Assembly (NCBI GenBank): GCA_045643645.1
Contig: JAZULF010000027.1
Span: 8,894-72,893, forward strand
DNA length: 64,000 nt
Direction: 5' to 3'
From: Oscillospiraceae bacterium
GTDB taxonomy: Bacteria > Bacillota > Clostridia > Oscillospirales > Oscillospiraceae
Shown one piece after another: positions 18,651-27,815 of this stretch; position 1 is the stretch's first letter; each line of letters opens with the position of its first letter. The position numbers and the translations under genes were made by a program. Below the pieces are notes generated by a model. The model did no database searches. It worked only from the letters and a program-made list of their open reading frames with translations, and was not told the DNA's origin.

Positions 18651-18983
18651 CTAATTTTGCTTTGTTTTCAGTACCTGTATCTCATCGCAGCCAAGTCCGG
18701 TAAATGCTTCCGTTGCTTTGATAACACATAGCTTTACTTCAGGATTGGCTGCGCCATCGCATACTATTACCGCTCCGTTTTCGGAAAGCAAAACCTTTGC
18801 CTGCCCTACTCCCATACTGCTCTCAAGAATCATTTCAAGTCTTTGCTCATCATCCTTTTGGATAGCTGCTTCTCCCTGGCTTTTTGAGCCTGACGGCAAA
18901 GCCAGCAGTACAAGTCCGACTACGAGAATTATCAAGGGATATTTGTATTTGCCCAGTACATCAGCAATTTTACCCATTTTCAT
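18651..18983 (-). CDS. spoIIIAG: Stage III sporulation protein AG (unusually short, 110 aa)
   Basis: Position between AF and AH. One TM, then LEMILESSMGVGQAKVLLSENGAVIVCDGAANPEVKLCVIKATEAFTGLGCDEIQVLK, which resembles the SpoIIIAG ring-building fold. Confidence 0.62.
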   Translation of the reverse strand: MKMGKIADVLGKYKYPLIILVVGLVLLALPSGSKSQGEAAIQKDDEQRLEMILESSMGVGQAKVLLSENGAVIVCDGAANPEVKLCVIKATEAFTGLGCDEIQVLKTKQN

Positions 18984-19470
18984 TTGTACTGCTCCATTTC
19001 TGATTGTCTTTGCTTATGCCCAAATCAGCTTCTATTAGTTTTTCAAGCCTGCTTTTTTCCGCATCCGAGCAATTACTCTCTATCTGTGCGCTTACGGGAT
19101 ACCAATAGCCGTCATTTGACCATTCAGTGCTGACATACACAGATGAAATATCAACGCAAGCGTTTTCGGCTTTGTCCAATATATATGCTTGGCACTGCTC
19201 TTCTATGTACAAACGGTTTAAGTTTTCACGGTCTTCTTCTCCGTTATTTGCATACTTCTCGGCACGGCTTCGGTACTGCGCGAGTGATTGGGAGTAAGCA
19301 GTAAAATCAATTTGTGTAATGGGTAAGATAATGGCAGTTATCATTGTAACTGCGCAAACCACGCTTACAGCCGCTTTTGCACGGCTTTTGGGTACTAAAA
19401 TGAGTGCAAGTGAGCAAAGAAATGCCGTACAAATTAAGCTAAGGATATAATCACGCAGGAAGCTGTTCAT
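18970..19470 (-). CDS. spoIIIAF: Stage III sporulation protein AF
   Basis: Two N-terminal TM helices plus a soluble domain, in operon position. Start set to ATG 19470 (MNSFLRDYIL) in a TAATG overlap with spoIIIAE. Confidence 0.7.
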   Translation of the reverse strand: MNSFLRDYILSLICTAFLCSLALILVPKSRAKAAVSVVCAVTMITAIILPITQIDFTAYSQSLAQYRSRAEKYANNGEEDRENLNRLYIEEQCQAYILDKAENACVDISSVYVSTEWSNDGYWYPVSAQIESNCSDAEKSRLEKLIEADLGISKDNQKWSSTNENG

Positions 19471-20534
19471 TAACCCACCACCGTTCTGACGCACGAAAGT
19501 ATTGAAATAAACATAATTACTCCACAGCAGCCAACGAGTCCGAGAAGCATTCCGAAAGCACTGCCAATGCTATCGGTAAGCGCCGCAATTTTAGTTGTTT
19601 TCATAGCTGCAACTCCAACCGCAGCAGCCTTGAACGCCAGATAATTTAAGCCGATAATAACTAGCGGTGAAGCGCATATTGCCAGCACTGTAAGCATTCC
19701 GAATACACCGATTGTGTTTTTAATAAGCTCTGCACCTGCAATAACACTTGAGGCTGCATCGGATATTATGCTGCCGACAACCGGAAGCGCAGCTGAAATT
19801 GTTGTTTTTGCGAGCTTTGTTGCCACGGCATCTCCACTTGAGGCAATTGCAGAGCTAATGCTTATATAGGCTGTAAAAGCAAGCGAAAGAATCGTCATAA
19901 GGCTTGTACATATCCATTTGAATAGCGATGCAATTGAACCGAGCGGTTTATTATCAAAGGCAGCAGAAGCACAGCTAAGGGCGAGATAGGCATATATAAA
20001 CGGAAGAATAATGTTCTTAGCCGCAGCGATAATCAGGTCCATGAATAATGCAGCAGCCGCATATTTAACAGTTGCAGCACCAACCGCACCGCAGGTTGCA
20101 GTTGCTGTGCATAGAGTCGGAAGCAGGATATTTGAAAAAGCGGATATTTCATTAATTGCGTCTGTTCCAAGTGAAATGTATGAATTTACATCACTTACGC
20201 ATACCAGCAAAATTGCTGCACAGCCGCACATATGTATATAATCCGGTGTTTTTTCATTTCCGAACACTGTAAGAATCGAGCAAATTACCGCAATGGCAAG
20301 CACGCTTACCGCTATCTTCAATATGCTCTTAATATTATCGTTTATTGCGTTTTTTACTGCGCCGGTTATTCTTCCCCAAAAAGCTTCTGTATTTCCAACA
20401 ACATCAATGCCGCCAACTATTTCCTTAACCTCTCCCGGCACTGCATTTACAACTCCATCTGTTTCAAGCTGCGCAGCAAAGCACTGTGCCGACAGTAGAA
20501 TAACCGCAAGCAAAAAGGCCGCAAATCTTTTCAT
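19470..20534 (-). CDS. spoIIIAE: Stage III sporulation protein AE (polytopic membrane)
   Basis: 354 aa, signal-like N-terminus then ~7 TM. ATGA overlap with spoIIIAD; GGAGG RBS. Confidence 0.85.
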   Translation of the reverse strand: MKRFAAFLLAVILLSAQCFAAQLETDGVVNAVPGEVKEIVGGIDVVGNTEAFWGRITGAVKNAINDNIKSILKIAVSVLAIAVICSILTVFGNEKTPDYIHMCGCAAILLVCVSDVNSYISLGTDAINEISAFSNILLPTLCTATATCGAVGAATVKYAAAALFMDLIIAAAKNIILPFIYAYLALSCASAAFDNKPLGSIASLFKWICTSLMTILSLAFTAYISISSAIASSGDAVATKLAKTTISAALPVVGSIISDAASSVIAGAELIKNTIGVFGMLTVLAICASPLVIIGLNYLAFKAAAVGVAAMKTTKIAALTDSIGSAFGMLLGLVGCCGVIMFISILSCVRTVVG

Positions 20535-20917
20535 AGCAGGTCCTCCAGGGCGTTGAGCATTGTCTGCATCAGCGGTAATGCGGTGAACACCGCCGCTGCG
20601 CTGCCGAGATATTCAATAGCCGATGCAGTACCGTTTTGTCCTGCATCCTTGCAAAGATTGCTGATTAGTCCCGTTATAAGTGCAATGCCCACGCATTTAA
20701 TCACCGGCAGAAATACTGCTGACGGCAGCTCGGACTTGTCCATAATGCCGTCGATAAACGCAACTATGTCCGAGAGCATACCTACTGCTGCGAAGCAAAC
20801 GCAAACAGCGCAAATTGCTGTAAGTACAAAGGAAATCTCGGGATTTTTTGATTTAATGGTAAGACTGCATGCGGCGCTTAGCAGCGCAATAGCCGCAGCT
20901 TTGCTAAGAACCTCCAT
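20531..20917 (-). CDS. spoIIIAD: Stage III sporulation protein AD
   Basis: 128 aa, 4 TM, operon position. TAATG overlap with spoIIIAC. Confidence 0.85.
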   Translation of the reverse strand: MEVLSKAAAIALLSAACSLTIKSKNPEISFVLTAICAVCVCFAAVGMLSDIVAFIDGIMDKSELPSAVFLPVIKCVGIALITGLISNLCKDAGQNGTASAIEYLGSAAAVFTALPLMQTMLNALEDLL

Positions 20918-21111
20918 TACAGCTGAAACAAAGTCTTGATAAGGCCGAAAAGCTCGCTGATTTTCTGTACAACAACAATCAGCACAACAACGAGTGCTGC
21001 AATTGTTGTCATAAGAGCCTGCTCATCGCGTCCTGAGCGTGTAAGCAAAATGTTCAGCACCGCAACAAGAATGCCGACGGCTGCAATTTTGAATATTAAA
21101 TCAACTTCCAT
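20917..21111 (-). CDS. spoIIIAC: Stage III sporulation protein AC
   Basis: 64 aa, two TM (MEVDLIFKIAAVGILVAVLNILL...), operon position. Confidence 0.85.
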   Translation of the reverse strand: MEVDLIFKIAAVGILVAVLNILLTRSGRDEQALMTTIAALVVVLIVVVQKISELFGLIKTLFQL

Positions 21112-21122
21112 TTGAATTCCTC

Positions 21123-21632
21123 TCAGATTAAGATAATTGACACGATAAGTCCCATTCCCGCTGCAAGTCCTATGTACATTTTCTGATTGCTCTTCAGATT
21201 CTGATATATGCTTTTATATTCGTGCTCAAGCTCGCTTATACAGCGGTCGATTGATGCCGCTTGCAGCTGTGCATCATATCTGCCGAGGCTGCTGCCGAGA
21301 TTAACAAGACAGCTTCGGCTTTCGTCGGATATATTAGTTATGCTGTCAGCAATACATTCAGCCCATATTTGAGAAAAGCTCTTGTTTCCAAGCAGGCTCA
21401 AATGCTCATTCAGCGATAAAACAAAAGGCTTAATATGCTTATATCCGGAAATGAATCCAGTTGAAAGCACCTGCTTCATCGGAGTGCGTCTGGTACATAT
21501 TTCATTACGCAGCAATTCAAGCAAAGATACAAGCTCGCTTAGAGTTTCAACGGATTTCTTGAGCTCATAGGCTTTTGAAAAGCCAATTAGTGCAGCCGAT
21601 ACAGTTATCAGAATTGCACCAACATAGCTCAT
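21123..21632 (-). CDS. spoIIIAB: Stage III sporulation protein AB
   Basis: 169 aa with N- and C-terminal TM and a helical GspF-like core. ATGA overlap with spoIIIAA. Confidence 0.8.
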   Translation of the reverse strand: MSYVGAILITVSAALIGFSKAYELKKSVETLSELVSLLELLRNEICTRRTPMKQVLSTGFISGYKHIKPFVLSLNEHLSLLGNKSFSQIWAECIADSITNISDESRSCLVNLGSSLGRYDAQLQAASIDRCISELEHEYKSIYQNLKSNQKMYIGLAAGMGLIVSIILI

Positions 21633-22507
21633 AGTTTCTTAACACAGTACTCTCTGTGCCCCTTGTCGTTATTAATCATAAGGCAGTATTTGAAAACTCC
21701 GGAATCAATCAATTGTCTGTATATTTGCCTCGTATACAAATCCTCAAAGCTACCCGCGTGAGCAGTTGCAATGAGCTTCACACCGCAGCCTGCTGCTTCG
21801 AAAATTGCTTGCACATCTTCCTTTGTGCTTATCTCGTCCATTGCAAGCACCTGCGGATTCATCGCTCTTATGAGAATCATTGCGGCGCTTGCCTTAGGTG
21901 CATCGCTTATTATGTCCGTATGTATGCCAACATCAAATTGAGCACTACCGTTGCATACAGCAGCAATTTCGCCGCGTTCATCGGCAACCGATACTCTGTA
22001 TCCCATATTTGAAATCACTCTTATGAATTCTCTCAGGCAGGTGGTTTTCCCTGCTCCGGGCGGCGAAATGATAAGAATATCAGTCACTCCGTCAGCAAGC
22101 ATTGTATTCAGCTCAGCCTCAGCACAGCCATATCTTTCGCAAGGTATTCTTATAGAAAGTGAGCTTAGATTTCTTATTCCGCTGACATTGCCGCCGCGCA
22201 TAATCGCTGTTCCGCATATACCAAGCCTTATTCCGCCGCTTACATTAACATAGCCGTTGGCAATGCTTGTCTCAACTGAATGAACTGATGCGCCCGTTGC
22301 GCACTCCAATACGCTTTCAAGCTCGTCCGAAGTGATTATGTGCTCCTGCGCAATCGGGATTTCCCTGCCGCTTATAAGCGCTGTCATTGCCTGTCCGCTT
22401 CTAAGGCGTATCTCTTCAATATTACTGCGCTGCTCTTCAGACAAAATCAGCAGCTCACTGTTAAGCGTTATCGGCAGCAGCGCCGCCGCAGCATTAAGTC
22501 TGTTCAT
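21629..22507 (-). CDS. spoIIIAA: Stage III sporulation protein AA (secretion-type ATPase)
   Basis: 292 aa; Walker A SPPGAGKTT, Walker B LAMDEI. First gene of the eight-gene cluster. Confidence 0.88.
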   Translation of the reverse strand: MNRLNAAAALLPITLNSELLILSEEQRSNIEEIRLRSGQAMTALISGREIPIAQEHIITSDELESVLECATGASVHSVETSIANGYVNVSGGIRLGICGTAIMRGGNVSGIRNLSSLSIRIPCERYGCAEAELNTMLADGVTDILIISPPGAGKTTCLREFIRVISNMGYRVSVADERGEIAAVCNGSAQFDVGIHTDIISDAPKASAAMILIRAMNPQVLAMDEISTKEDVQAIFEAAGCGVKLIATAHAGSFEDLYTRQIYRQLIDSGVFKYCLMINNDKGHREYCVKKL

Positions 22508-22562
22508 TTGCTCACCGTCCTATGTCTAATTCATATTATGGTAAGCGGTGAATTATTACCAA

Positions 22563-22598
22563 ATAAAAAAAGCAGTACTTCTTTTAGAAGTACTGCTT
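22563..22598 (-). terminator. Rho-independent terminator after yebC
   Basis: Minus strand: AGCAGTACTTC-TAAAA-GAAGTACTGCT followed by TTTTTTT. Confidence 0.65.
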
Positions 22599-22611
22599 TA
22601 AGCTTATAAAA

Positions 22612-23346
22612 TTACTCTTCCCAGTTATGCCATACATTCTGGACATCATCATTATCCTCGAACATATCGAGCATCTTGCTCATTTTCTTGATGTCGTCCC
22701 TGTTGGTGAGCTTGATGTAGCCGTTCTGGGGAAGCACCTCGACCTGTGCGGAGAGAAGCTTGTAGCCGGCTGCAATGATTGCTTCCGCAACAGCGGATAC
22801 ATCGTCGGGCTTGGTGTAAACAACGAAGGTCTCACCGTCGGGCTCAAAATCGTCAGCACCTGCATCGAGAACCTCCATCATTACGGTGTCCTCATCAAGC
22901 TCTTCGTCCTCGTTATCAATTACGATAACACCCTTCTTATCGAAGGACCAGGAAACGCAGTTTGCAGCGCCCATATTTCCGCCGTACTTATCGAAGTAGT
23001 GGCGAATTTCACCTGCGGTACGGTTGCGGTTGTCGGTCATTGTCTCAACAATAACTGCAACACCGGAGGGACCGTAGCCTTCGTATACTATCTTTTCGTA
23101 GTTATCGGTGTTACCTGCACCGAGTGCCTTGTCGATTGTGCGCTTGATGTTGTCGTTAGGCATATTTGCTGGCTTAGCCTTGGTGATAACAGCTGCGAGA
23201 CGGGAATTGTTATTGGGGTCACCGCTGCCGCCTTCCTTGACTGCAACAATCATTTCGCGTGCAATCTTGGTAAATGCCTGAGCGCGCTTTGCGTCTGCTG
23301 CGCCCTTGGTCTTCTGTATATTGTGCCATTTGGAATGTCCTGACAT
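22612..23346 (-). CDS. yebC: YebC/PmpR family DNA-binding transcriptional regulator
   Basis: MSGHSKWHNIQKTKGAADAKRAQAFTKIAREM is the invariant YebC N-terminus; 244 aa. Confidence 0.93.
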   Translation of the reverse strand: MSGHSKWHNIQKTKGAADAKRAQAFTKIAREMIVAVKEGGSGDPNNNSRLAAVITKAKPANMPNDNIKRTIDKALGAGNTDNYEKIVYEGYGPSGVAVIVETMTDNRNRTAGEIRHYFDKYGGNMGAANCVSWSFDKKGVIVIDNEDEELDEDTVMMEVLDAGADDFEPDGETFVVYTKPDDVSAVAEAIIAAGYKLLSAQVEVLPQNGYIKLTNRDDIKKMSKMLDMFEDNDDVQNVWHNWEE

Positions 23347-23390
23347 CTTTAACAGCTCCTCTAAAGTTTAATTACAAATTAACGGCAATT

Positions 23391-23419
23391 ATTCTATCAC
23401 AATATCCGCTATATGACAA
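23391..23419 (-). promoter_or_regulatory. Candidate sigma-A promoter of yebC (TTGTCA-17-TAGAAT with TG extension)
   Basis: Minus strand: TTGTCA (23419-23414), 17-nt spacer ending in TGA, TAGAAT (23396-23391). Confidence 0.4.
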
Positions 23420-23426
23420 GAATTAA

Positions 23427-24659
23427 TTACTTAATTCTGCGGCATTCGAGATAGTATCTCTTATCGGGGCCGTGACCGATTGAAAAGCTCTTCTTCGGGA
23501 ACGGTCCGCTTTTGAGTACTGAAACGAATAATTCGGACTTTTCCATACGCGGAAGAAGTATGCCTGCACCGTCTTCCCTGCCTGCCATACCGATGCATTC
23601 ATCGTCACCGTGAATATAGTCAATTCTGCCGCCGTGTTTAGCGATATACTGCTTGCAGAAATCCTCGCAAGAGCCGATAAGCTCGCCGAGAGTCATATCG
23701 GCAATTTCGAGCTTTTCAGCTTCGCCATGTGCAAGAAGTGTGATTTCCTTGCCGCTGCCTGCGTTATTTTCAAAGAATTTCTTTGCTTGAGCTATAAAAT
23801 CAGCTGATTCTGTATTGAATATTACCTTGTGGATAGGCTCAAAGCTAATTGCCTCGTCGTGTATATTAACAAGCTCGGCAAGAGCAAAGCGTGCGGGATG
23901 GGTATCCCATTCAGACTTGTCAACCGTCTTTTTAACCTGCTCCCAGTACTTCTTAGCAGCAGCAATACTGTGATTGCCGTCACCCATCGCAAAGATAATG
24001 GGCTTTTCTGCAGTGCCGTATTTGCCAATAAGCTCATCTTCATCGGACAGCTTAGATACAGCCGCAGCAAGTGCAGCGTTATCGGCAACCTGCCAGCCCT
24101 TGATGTGACCGCCGTTTTGCATAAGCTCAAAATCGTACAGAAGATTGCCTTTCTTTACTGAGCTAAATACGCTGTCAGCAGGGTCATCCATGAAAATCAT
24201 AATATGGGGCATCTCAAGGCTCGCCTTTTCACGAACCTTAACTCTGGGCGGCAATCTGTCCTCAACGGTATGCTCGGTTGCTCTGATGGGAGTAAAAGCA
24301 CCCTCTGCCCAGTCATATGATTCAAGGTCAAATGCACCGATTATTCCCTTGCGCATCTTTCCGTCAGACTGCATGCGCTCTACATAGATATAGCTGTTCT
24401 TCAGCTCGATAAACACATTGTCAGCAATGTATTTCTGCATCGTTGCATATATCTTCTCGCTCTCCTCGTCGGCATTCTTAATGCCAAGCTCTGCCTCGGG
24501 CAGAATCATTCTGAGTGATGAGGGCTTTTCGCCTACGCGATTATAAACTGCCTGCCAGTATTCGGGTTCAGAAGTAAACTGGTCGCATGCGACAACGCTC
24601 CATGCGGTCATATCTTCAACATCAGGCAGCAGTATGTCTGTAGGTCTGAATATGCTCAT
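23427..24659 (-). CDS. DUF1015 family protein (function unknown)
   Basis: 410 aa; MSIFRPTDILLP...AWSVVACDQFTSEPEYW... is the typical DUF1015 N-terminus. ATGA overlap with the upstream Nudix-like gene. Confidence 0.78.
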   Translation of the reverse strand: MSIFRPTDILLPDVEDMTAWSVVACDQFTSEPEYWQAVYNRVGEKPSSLRMILPEAELGIKNADEESEKIYATMQKYIADNVFIELKNSYIYVERMQSDGKMRKGIIGAFDLESYDWAEGAFTPIRATEHTVEDRLPPRVKVREKASLEMPHIMIFMDDPADSVFSSVKKGNLLYDFELMQNGGHIKGWQVADNAALAAAVSKLSDEDELIGKYGTAEKPIIFAMGDGNHSIAAAKKYWEQVKKTVDKSEWDTHPARFALAELVNIHDEAISFEPIHKVIFNTESADFIAQAKKFFENNAGSGKEITLLAHGEAEKLEIADMTLGELIGSCEDFCKQYIAKHGGRIDYIHGDDECIGMAGREDGAGILLPRMEKSELFVSVLKSGPFPKKSFSIGHGPDKRYYLECRRIK

Positions 24660-25228
24660 TTCAGCACCTCCAGCGCAATCTGAGTCCAGGTTTCCATATA
24701 ATCATAGTTTTCCTCAAGCTCGGGTACTGTCATCCAAAGTCCTTCAAGTTTCTCGGTTTCCCGTACGAATACATCGCCTTCAACTTTGAGCTTGAAGCAT
24801 GCACCGAGGTGTACACTGCCTACGCTGTTTGAATCATCATTGATAAAGCCGCAGGATACAAGCTCACCGTGCTTATCGAGTGAAACCTCCTCGTGTATCT
24901 CGCGCCAGAGTCCCTGCATAAGCAGGTCACCCTGATCGTCAACGGGGTTTATATGTCCGCCGATGCCGATGGAGATTTTACCGTGAAGTCTTGCTTCACC
25001 GCCCTTATTAAGACGGCGTGTTACGAAAACCTTGTCATTCTGCAGAAGAATCACATACGGAATAATCTGCTTGTAGTCGGGTCTTTCCTCGGCCTCGGGA
25101 CGCGGCATAAACTCATACTCGCGCTTTATAATGTCAAACATTTCCGCGGTATTTGCAGTGATAAGTCCATTCTTACCCGATATATAATCTTCGATTTTTT
25201 CTCTTTTAACAACTAAAACCTGTTCCAT
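24656..25228 (-). CDS. MutT/Nudix-like phosphoesterase (divergent Nudix box)
   Basis: ~190 aa; REIHEE core of the Nudix box with non-canonical flanks. Start set to ATG 25228 ([10 protein letters not shown]) in a TAATG overlap with glpK; the GTG at 25240 is an alternative. Confidence 0.68.
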   Translation of the reverse strand: MEQVLVVKREKIEDYISGKNGLITANTAEMFDIIKREYEFMPRPEAEERPDYKQIIPYVILLQNDKVFVTRRLNKGGEARLHGKISIGIGGHINPVDDQGDLLMQGLWREIHEEVSLDKHGELVSCGFINDDSNSVGSVHLGACFKLKVEGDVFVRETEKLEGLWMTVPELEENYDYMETWTQIALEVLK

Positions 25229-26730
25229 TACTCTTCCCACTTTGCAGAACGCTCAACTGCGCATAGCCACTTGCTGTGCAGCTGCTTTGCCTTATCCTCG
25301 TCCATAACAGGAGTAAATACTCTGTCAGGCTGTCTTATTGTCTTTATTTCCTCAACGCTCTTCCATACGCCTGTCGCAAGGCCTGCGAGGAATGCTGCGC
25401 CGAATGCTGTAGTTTCAACCATCTTGGGTCTGTCGATGGGCTTTCTGAGCATATCGGACTGGAACTGCATCATAAAGTTGTTTACCGATGCACCGCCATC
25501 TACGCGCAGAACGGAGAGAGATTCACCTGCGTCTGCCTCCATTGCATCAAGCAGGTCCTTAACCTGATAAGTGATGCCCTCAAGTGCAGCACGGACAATG
25601 TGCGCTCTTGAGCTGCCGCGTGTCAGTCCGACTATTGCGCCGCGTGCATACATGTCCCATCTCGGTGCGCCGAGACCGGTAAATGCGGATACAAGGTAAA
25701 CTCCACCGTTATCCTCAACAGAGGTTGCAAGGGATTCTGCCTCGGAAGCAGAGCCGATAATCTGAAGCTCATCGCGCAGCCACTGAACTGTGCTGCCTGC
25801 ATTGAATACGCTGCCCTCAAGTGCGTATGTTACCTTGCCGTCAAGCGCCCATGCAACGCTTGTGACAAGACCGCTCTTGCTTCTGACAGACTGACTGCCG
25901 GTGTTCATAAGAGTGAAGCAGCCGGTACCGTAGGTGTTCTTTGCTTCGCCCTTTTCAATACAGCCCTGACCGAAGAGTGCTGCAGCCTGGTCGCCTGCGC
26001 TGCCGCATACGGGAACGCCTGCAAGAGCCTCAAGCCCCTTAACACTCTCTGCTACATGACCGTAAATCATAGAAGAAGGTACGGGTGTGGGCAGCATACT
26101 CATGGGAATACCGAGTAGCTTACAGAGCTTTTCATCCCACTGGAGCTTATCAATATCAAATATCATTGTGCGTGAGCAGTTAGAATAGTCGGAAACATGA
26201 GCTTTTCCGCCCGTGAGATTCCAGATGAGCCAGGAATCTATGTTGCCGAACAGAAGCTCGCCGTTTTCGGCCTTTTCTCTTGCACCGGGCACATTATCGA
26301 GAATCCACTTAATTTTTGTGCCGGAGAAATATGCGTCAATAAGAAGTCCGGTTTTCTCGGTTATGTAGTCACCTATTCCGGTTGCAGCAAGCTCCTCGCA
26401 CATAGCTGCAGTTCTTCTGCACTGCCATACAATTGCATTGTATACGGGCTTGCCGGTTGCCTTATCCCAAACGATTGTTGTTTCGCGCTGGTTAGTAATA
26501 CCGATACCTGCTATATCCGTGGGTGAAAGTCCGCTCTTTTCAAATGCCTCTGCCATTGCAAGAAACTGAGTTTCGAGAATGACCATGGGGTCGTGCTCTA
26601 CCCAACCGGGCTGGGGGTAAATCTGCGGAAAAGGATACTGTGCAATGGTAACGGGGCTTCCCTTGGAATCAAAAATAATAGACCTCGAGCTTGTGGTGCC
26701 CTGGTCAAGCGCAATAACATAACCGTTCAT
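25228..26730 (-). CDS. glpK: Glycerol kinase
   Basis: 500 aa; [47 protein letters not shown]. Confidence 0.95.
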   Translation of the reverse strand: MNGYVIALDQGTTSSRSIIFDSKGSPVTIAQYPFPQIYPQPGWVEHDPMVILETQFLAMAEAFEKSGLSPTDIAGIGITNQRETTIVWDKATGKPVYNAIVWQCRRTAAMCEELAATGIGDYITEKTGLLIDAYFSGTKIKWILDNVPGAREKAENGELLFGNIDSWLIWNLTGGKAHVSDYSNCSRTMIFDIDKLQWDEKLCKLLGIPMSMLPTPVPSSMIYGHVAESVKGLEALAGVPVCGSAGDQAAALFGQGCIEKGEAKNTYGTGCFTLMNTGSQSVRSKSGLVTSVAWALDGKVTYALEGSVFNAGSTVQWLRDELQIIGSASEAESLATSVEDNGGVYLVSAFTGLGAPRWDMYARGAIVGLTRGSSRAHIVRAALEGITYQVKDLLDAMEADAGESLSVLRVDGGASVNNFMMQFQSDMLRKPIDRPKMVETTAFGAAFLAGLATGVWKSVEEIKTIRQPDRVFTPVMDEDKAKQLHSKWLCAVERSAKWEE

Positions 26731-26751
26731 ATCTGTTCCTCCAGTTTTTTG

Positions 26752-26780
26752 TTGACTATTGAAATATTACGCGATAAAAT
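26752..26780 (+). promoter_or_regulatory. Candidate sigma-A promoter of the lipase/hydrolase gene (TTGACT-17-TAAAAT)
   Basis: TTGACT 26752-26757, 17-nt spacer, TAAAAT 26775-26780. Confidence 0.45.
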
Positions 26781-26820
26781 TAATTTACTCATATAATAAC
26801 ACATATGGAGGACATTTGCT

Positions 26821-27750
26821 ATGCCTACTTTCAGAGATTTTTATTTTAATTCCAGCAACGGCAAAAACAAGATTCACGCGCGTATGTGCTCCCCCGAGGG
26901 TACTCCCAAGGCAATAGTTCAGATTATTCACGGCATTGCCGAGTATATTGACCGCTACGATGATTTTATGAAGTTCCTTGCTGAAAACGGAATCATCTGC
27001 GTAGGCACCGACCACCTCGGTCACGGCAAAACAATAGCAAGTCCCGATGAGCAGGGCTTCTTTGCCGACAAGAACGGTTGGGATATCGTGGTTAATGACG
27101 AGGAAATCCTTCGTCTTGCAATGAAAAAGAATTATCCCGAGCTTCCTATTATCGTTCTCGGTCACAGCATGGGCAGCTTTATGGCACGCACACACATTAT
27201 CCGTTATCCCGAGGGCTTTGATGCAGCCATCATCAGCGGCACCGGTAATCAGGGCGCAGCACTTGTTGCAGGCGGTCTTACGATGGGTAACCTCGTTACA
27301 GCCTTCAAGGGCACTCACCATTGCAGCAACTTCCTCAACAATCTTGCATTCGGCAGCTACAACAAGATTTACGAAAATCCCAAGACCGATTATGACTGGC
27401 TTTCAAGAGATGACGCTGTTGTTAAAAAGTACATGGACGACCCCCTCTGCGGCTTTATCCCTACCTGTAGTCTGTTCCGCGATATGATGGTTGGCGTTAA
27501 GTTCATCACAACCAAGAGCAATCTTTCTGCGATGAGAAAGGATATGCCCGTTTACTTTATGTCCGGCGCAATGGACCCTGTCGGCGAGTGCGGCAAGGGC
27601 GTCAAGAAGGCATACGATAACTTCGTAAACGCCGGTATGAAGGATGTAAGCATCAAGCTTTATCCCGATGGCAGACACGAGATGCTCAATGAGCTTAACA
27701 ATGCCGAGGTTTACAGTGATGTCCTCAACTGGATTAACAGCAAAATCTGA
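26821..27750 (+). CDS. Alpha/beta hydrolase, lysophospholipase/monoacylglycerol-lipase-like
   Basis: 309 aa; HGIAEY...GHSMGS nucleophile elbow, C-terminal ...GRHEMLNE (His). GGAGG RBS. The - ORFs 26785..27321 and 27403..27795 are antisense shadows. Confidence 0.85.
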   Translation: MPTFRDFYFNSSNGKNKIHARMCSPEGTPKAIVQIIHGIAEYIDRYDDFMKFLAENGIICVGTDHLGHGKTIASPDEQGFFADKNGWDIVVNDEEILRLAMKKNYPELPIIVLGHSMGSFMARTHIIRYPEGFDAAIISGTGNQGAALVAGGLTMGNLVTAFKGTHHCSNFLNNLAFGSYNKIYENPKTDYDWLSRDDAVVKKYMDDPLCGFIPTCSLFRDMMVGVKFITTKSNLSAMRKDMPVYFMSGAMDPVGECGKGVKKAYDNFVNAGMKDVSIKLYPDGRHEMLNELNNAEVYSDVLNWINSKI

Positions 27751-27774
27751 ATATAAAGCAAAAATATAAAGCAA

Positions 27775-27806
27775 AAGAGCTATGGCAAATGCCATAGCTC
27801 TTTTTT
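27775..27806. terminator. Bidirectional terminator (hydrolase on +, mreB on -)
   Basis: AGAGCTATGGC-AAAT-GCCATAGCTCT followed by TTTTT; A/T-rich on the other side. Confidence 0.65.
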
Positions 27807-27815
27807 ATCGATAAA

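Noticed and set aside
22508-22562. Sigma-E-type sporulation promoter upstream of spoIIIAA
   Set aside because: A promoter must lie in this 55-nt gap after the yebC terminator. I could not match a convincing sigma-E -35/-10 pair (only a vague ATAATATG element), so no feature is reported.
22627-23343. 238-aa + ORF spanning the full length of yebC on the opposite strand
   Set aside because: It is a full-length antisense shadow of a highly conserved gene. The translation is Val/Cys/Gly/Asn-rich with no motif and no RBS. The long open antisense frame is a by-product of the codon bias of the sense gene.
26785-27321. 178-aa minus-strand ORF (and 27403-27795) overlapping the alpha/beta hydrolase gene
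   Set aside because: The + strand frame has GHSMGS, a GGAGG RBS and a promoter, and is followed by a terminator. The minus-strand frames are featureless.
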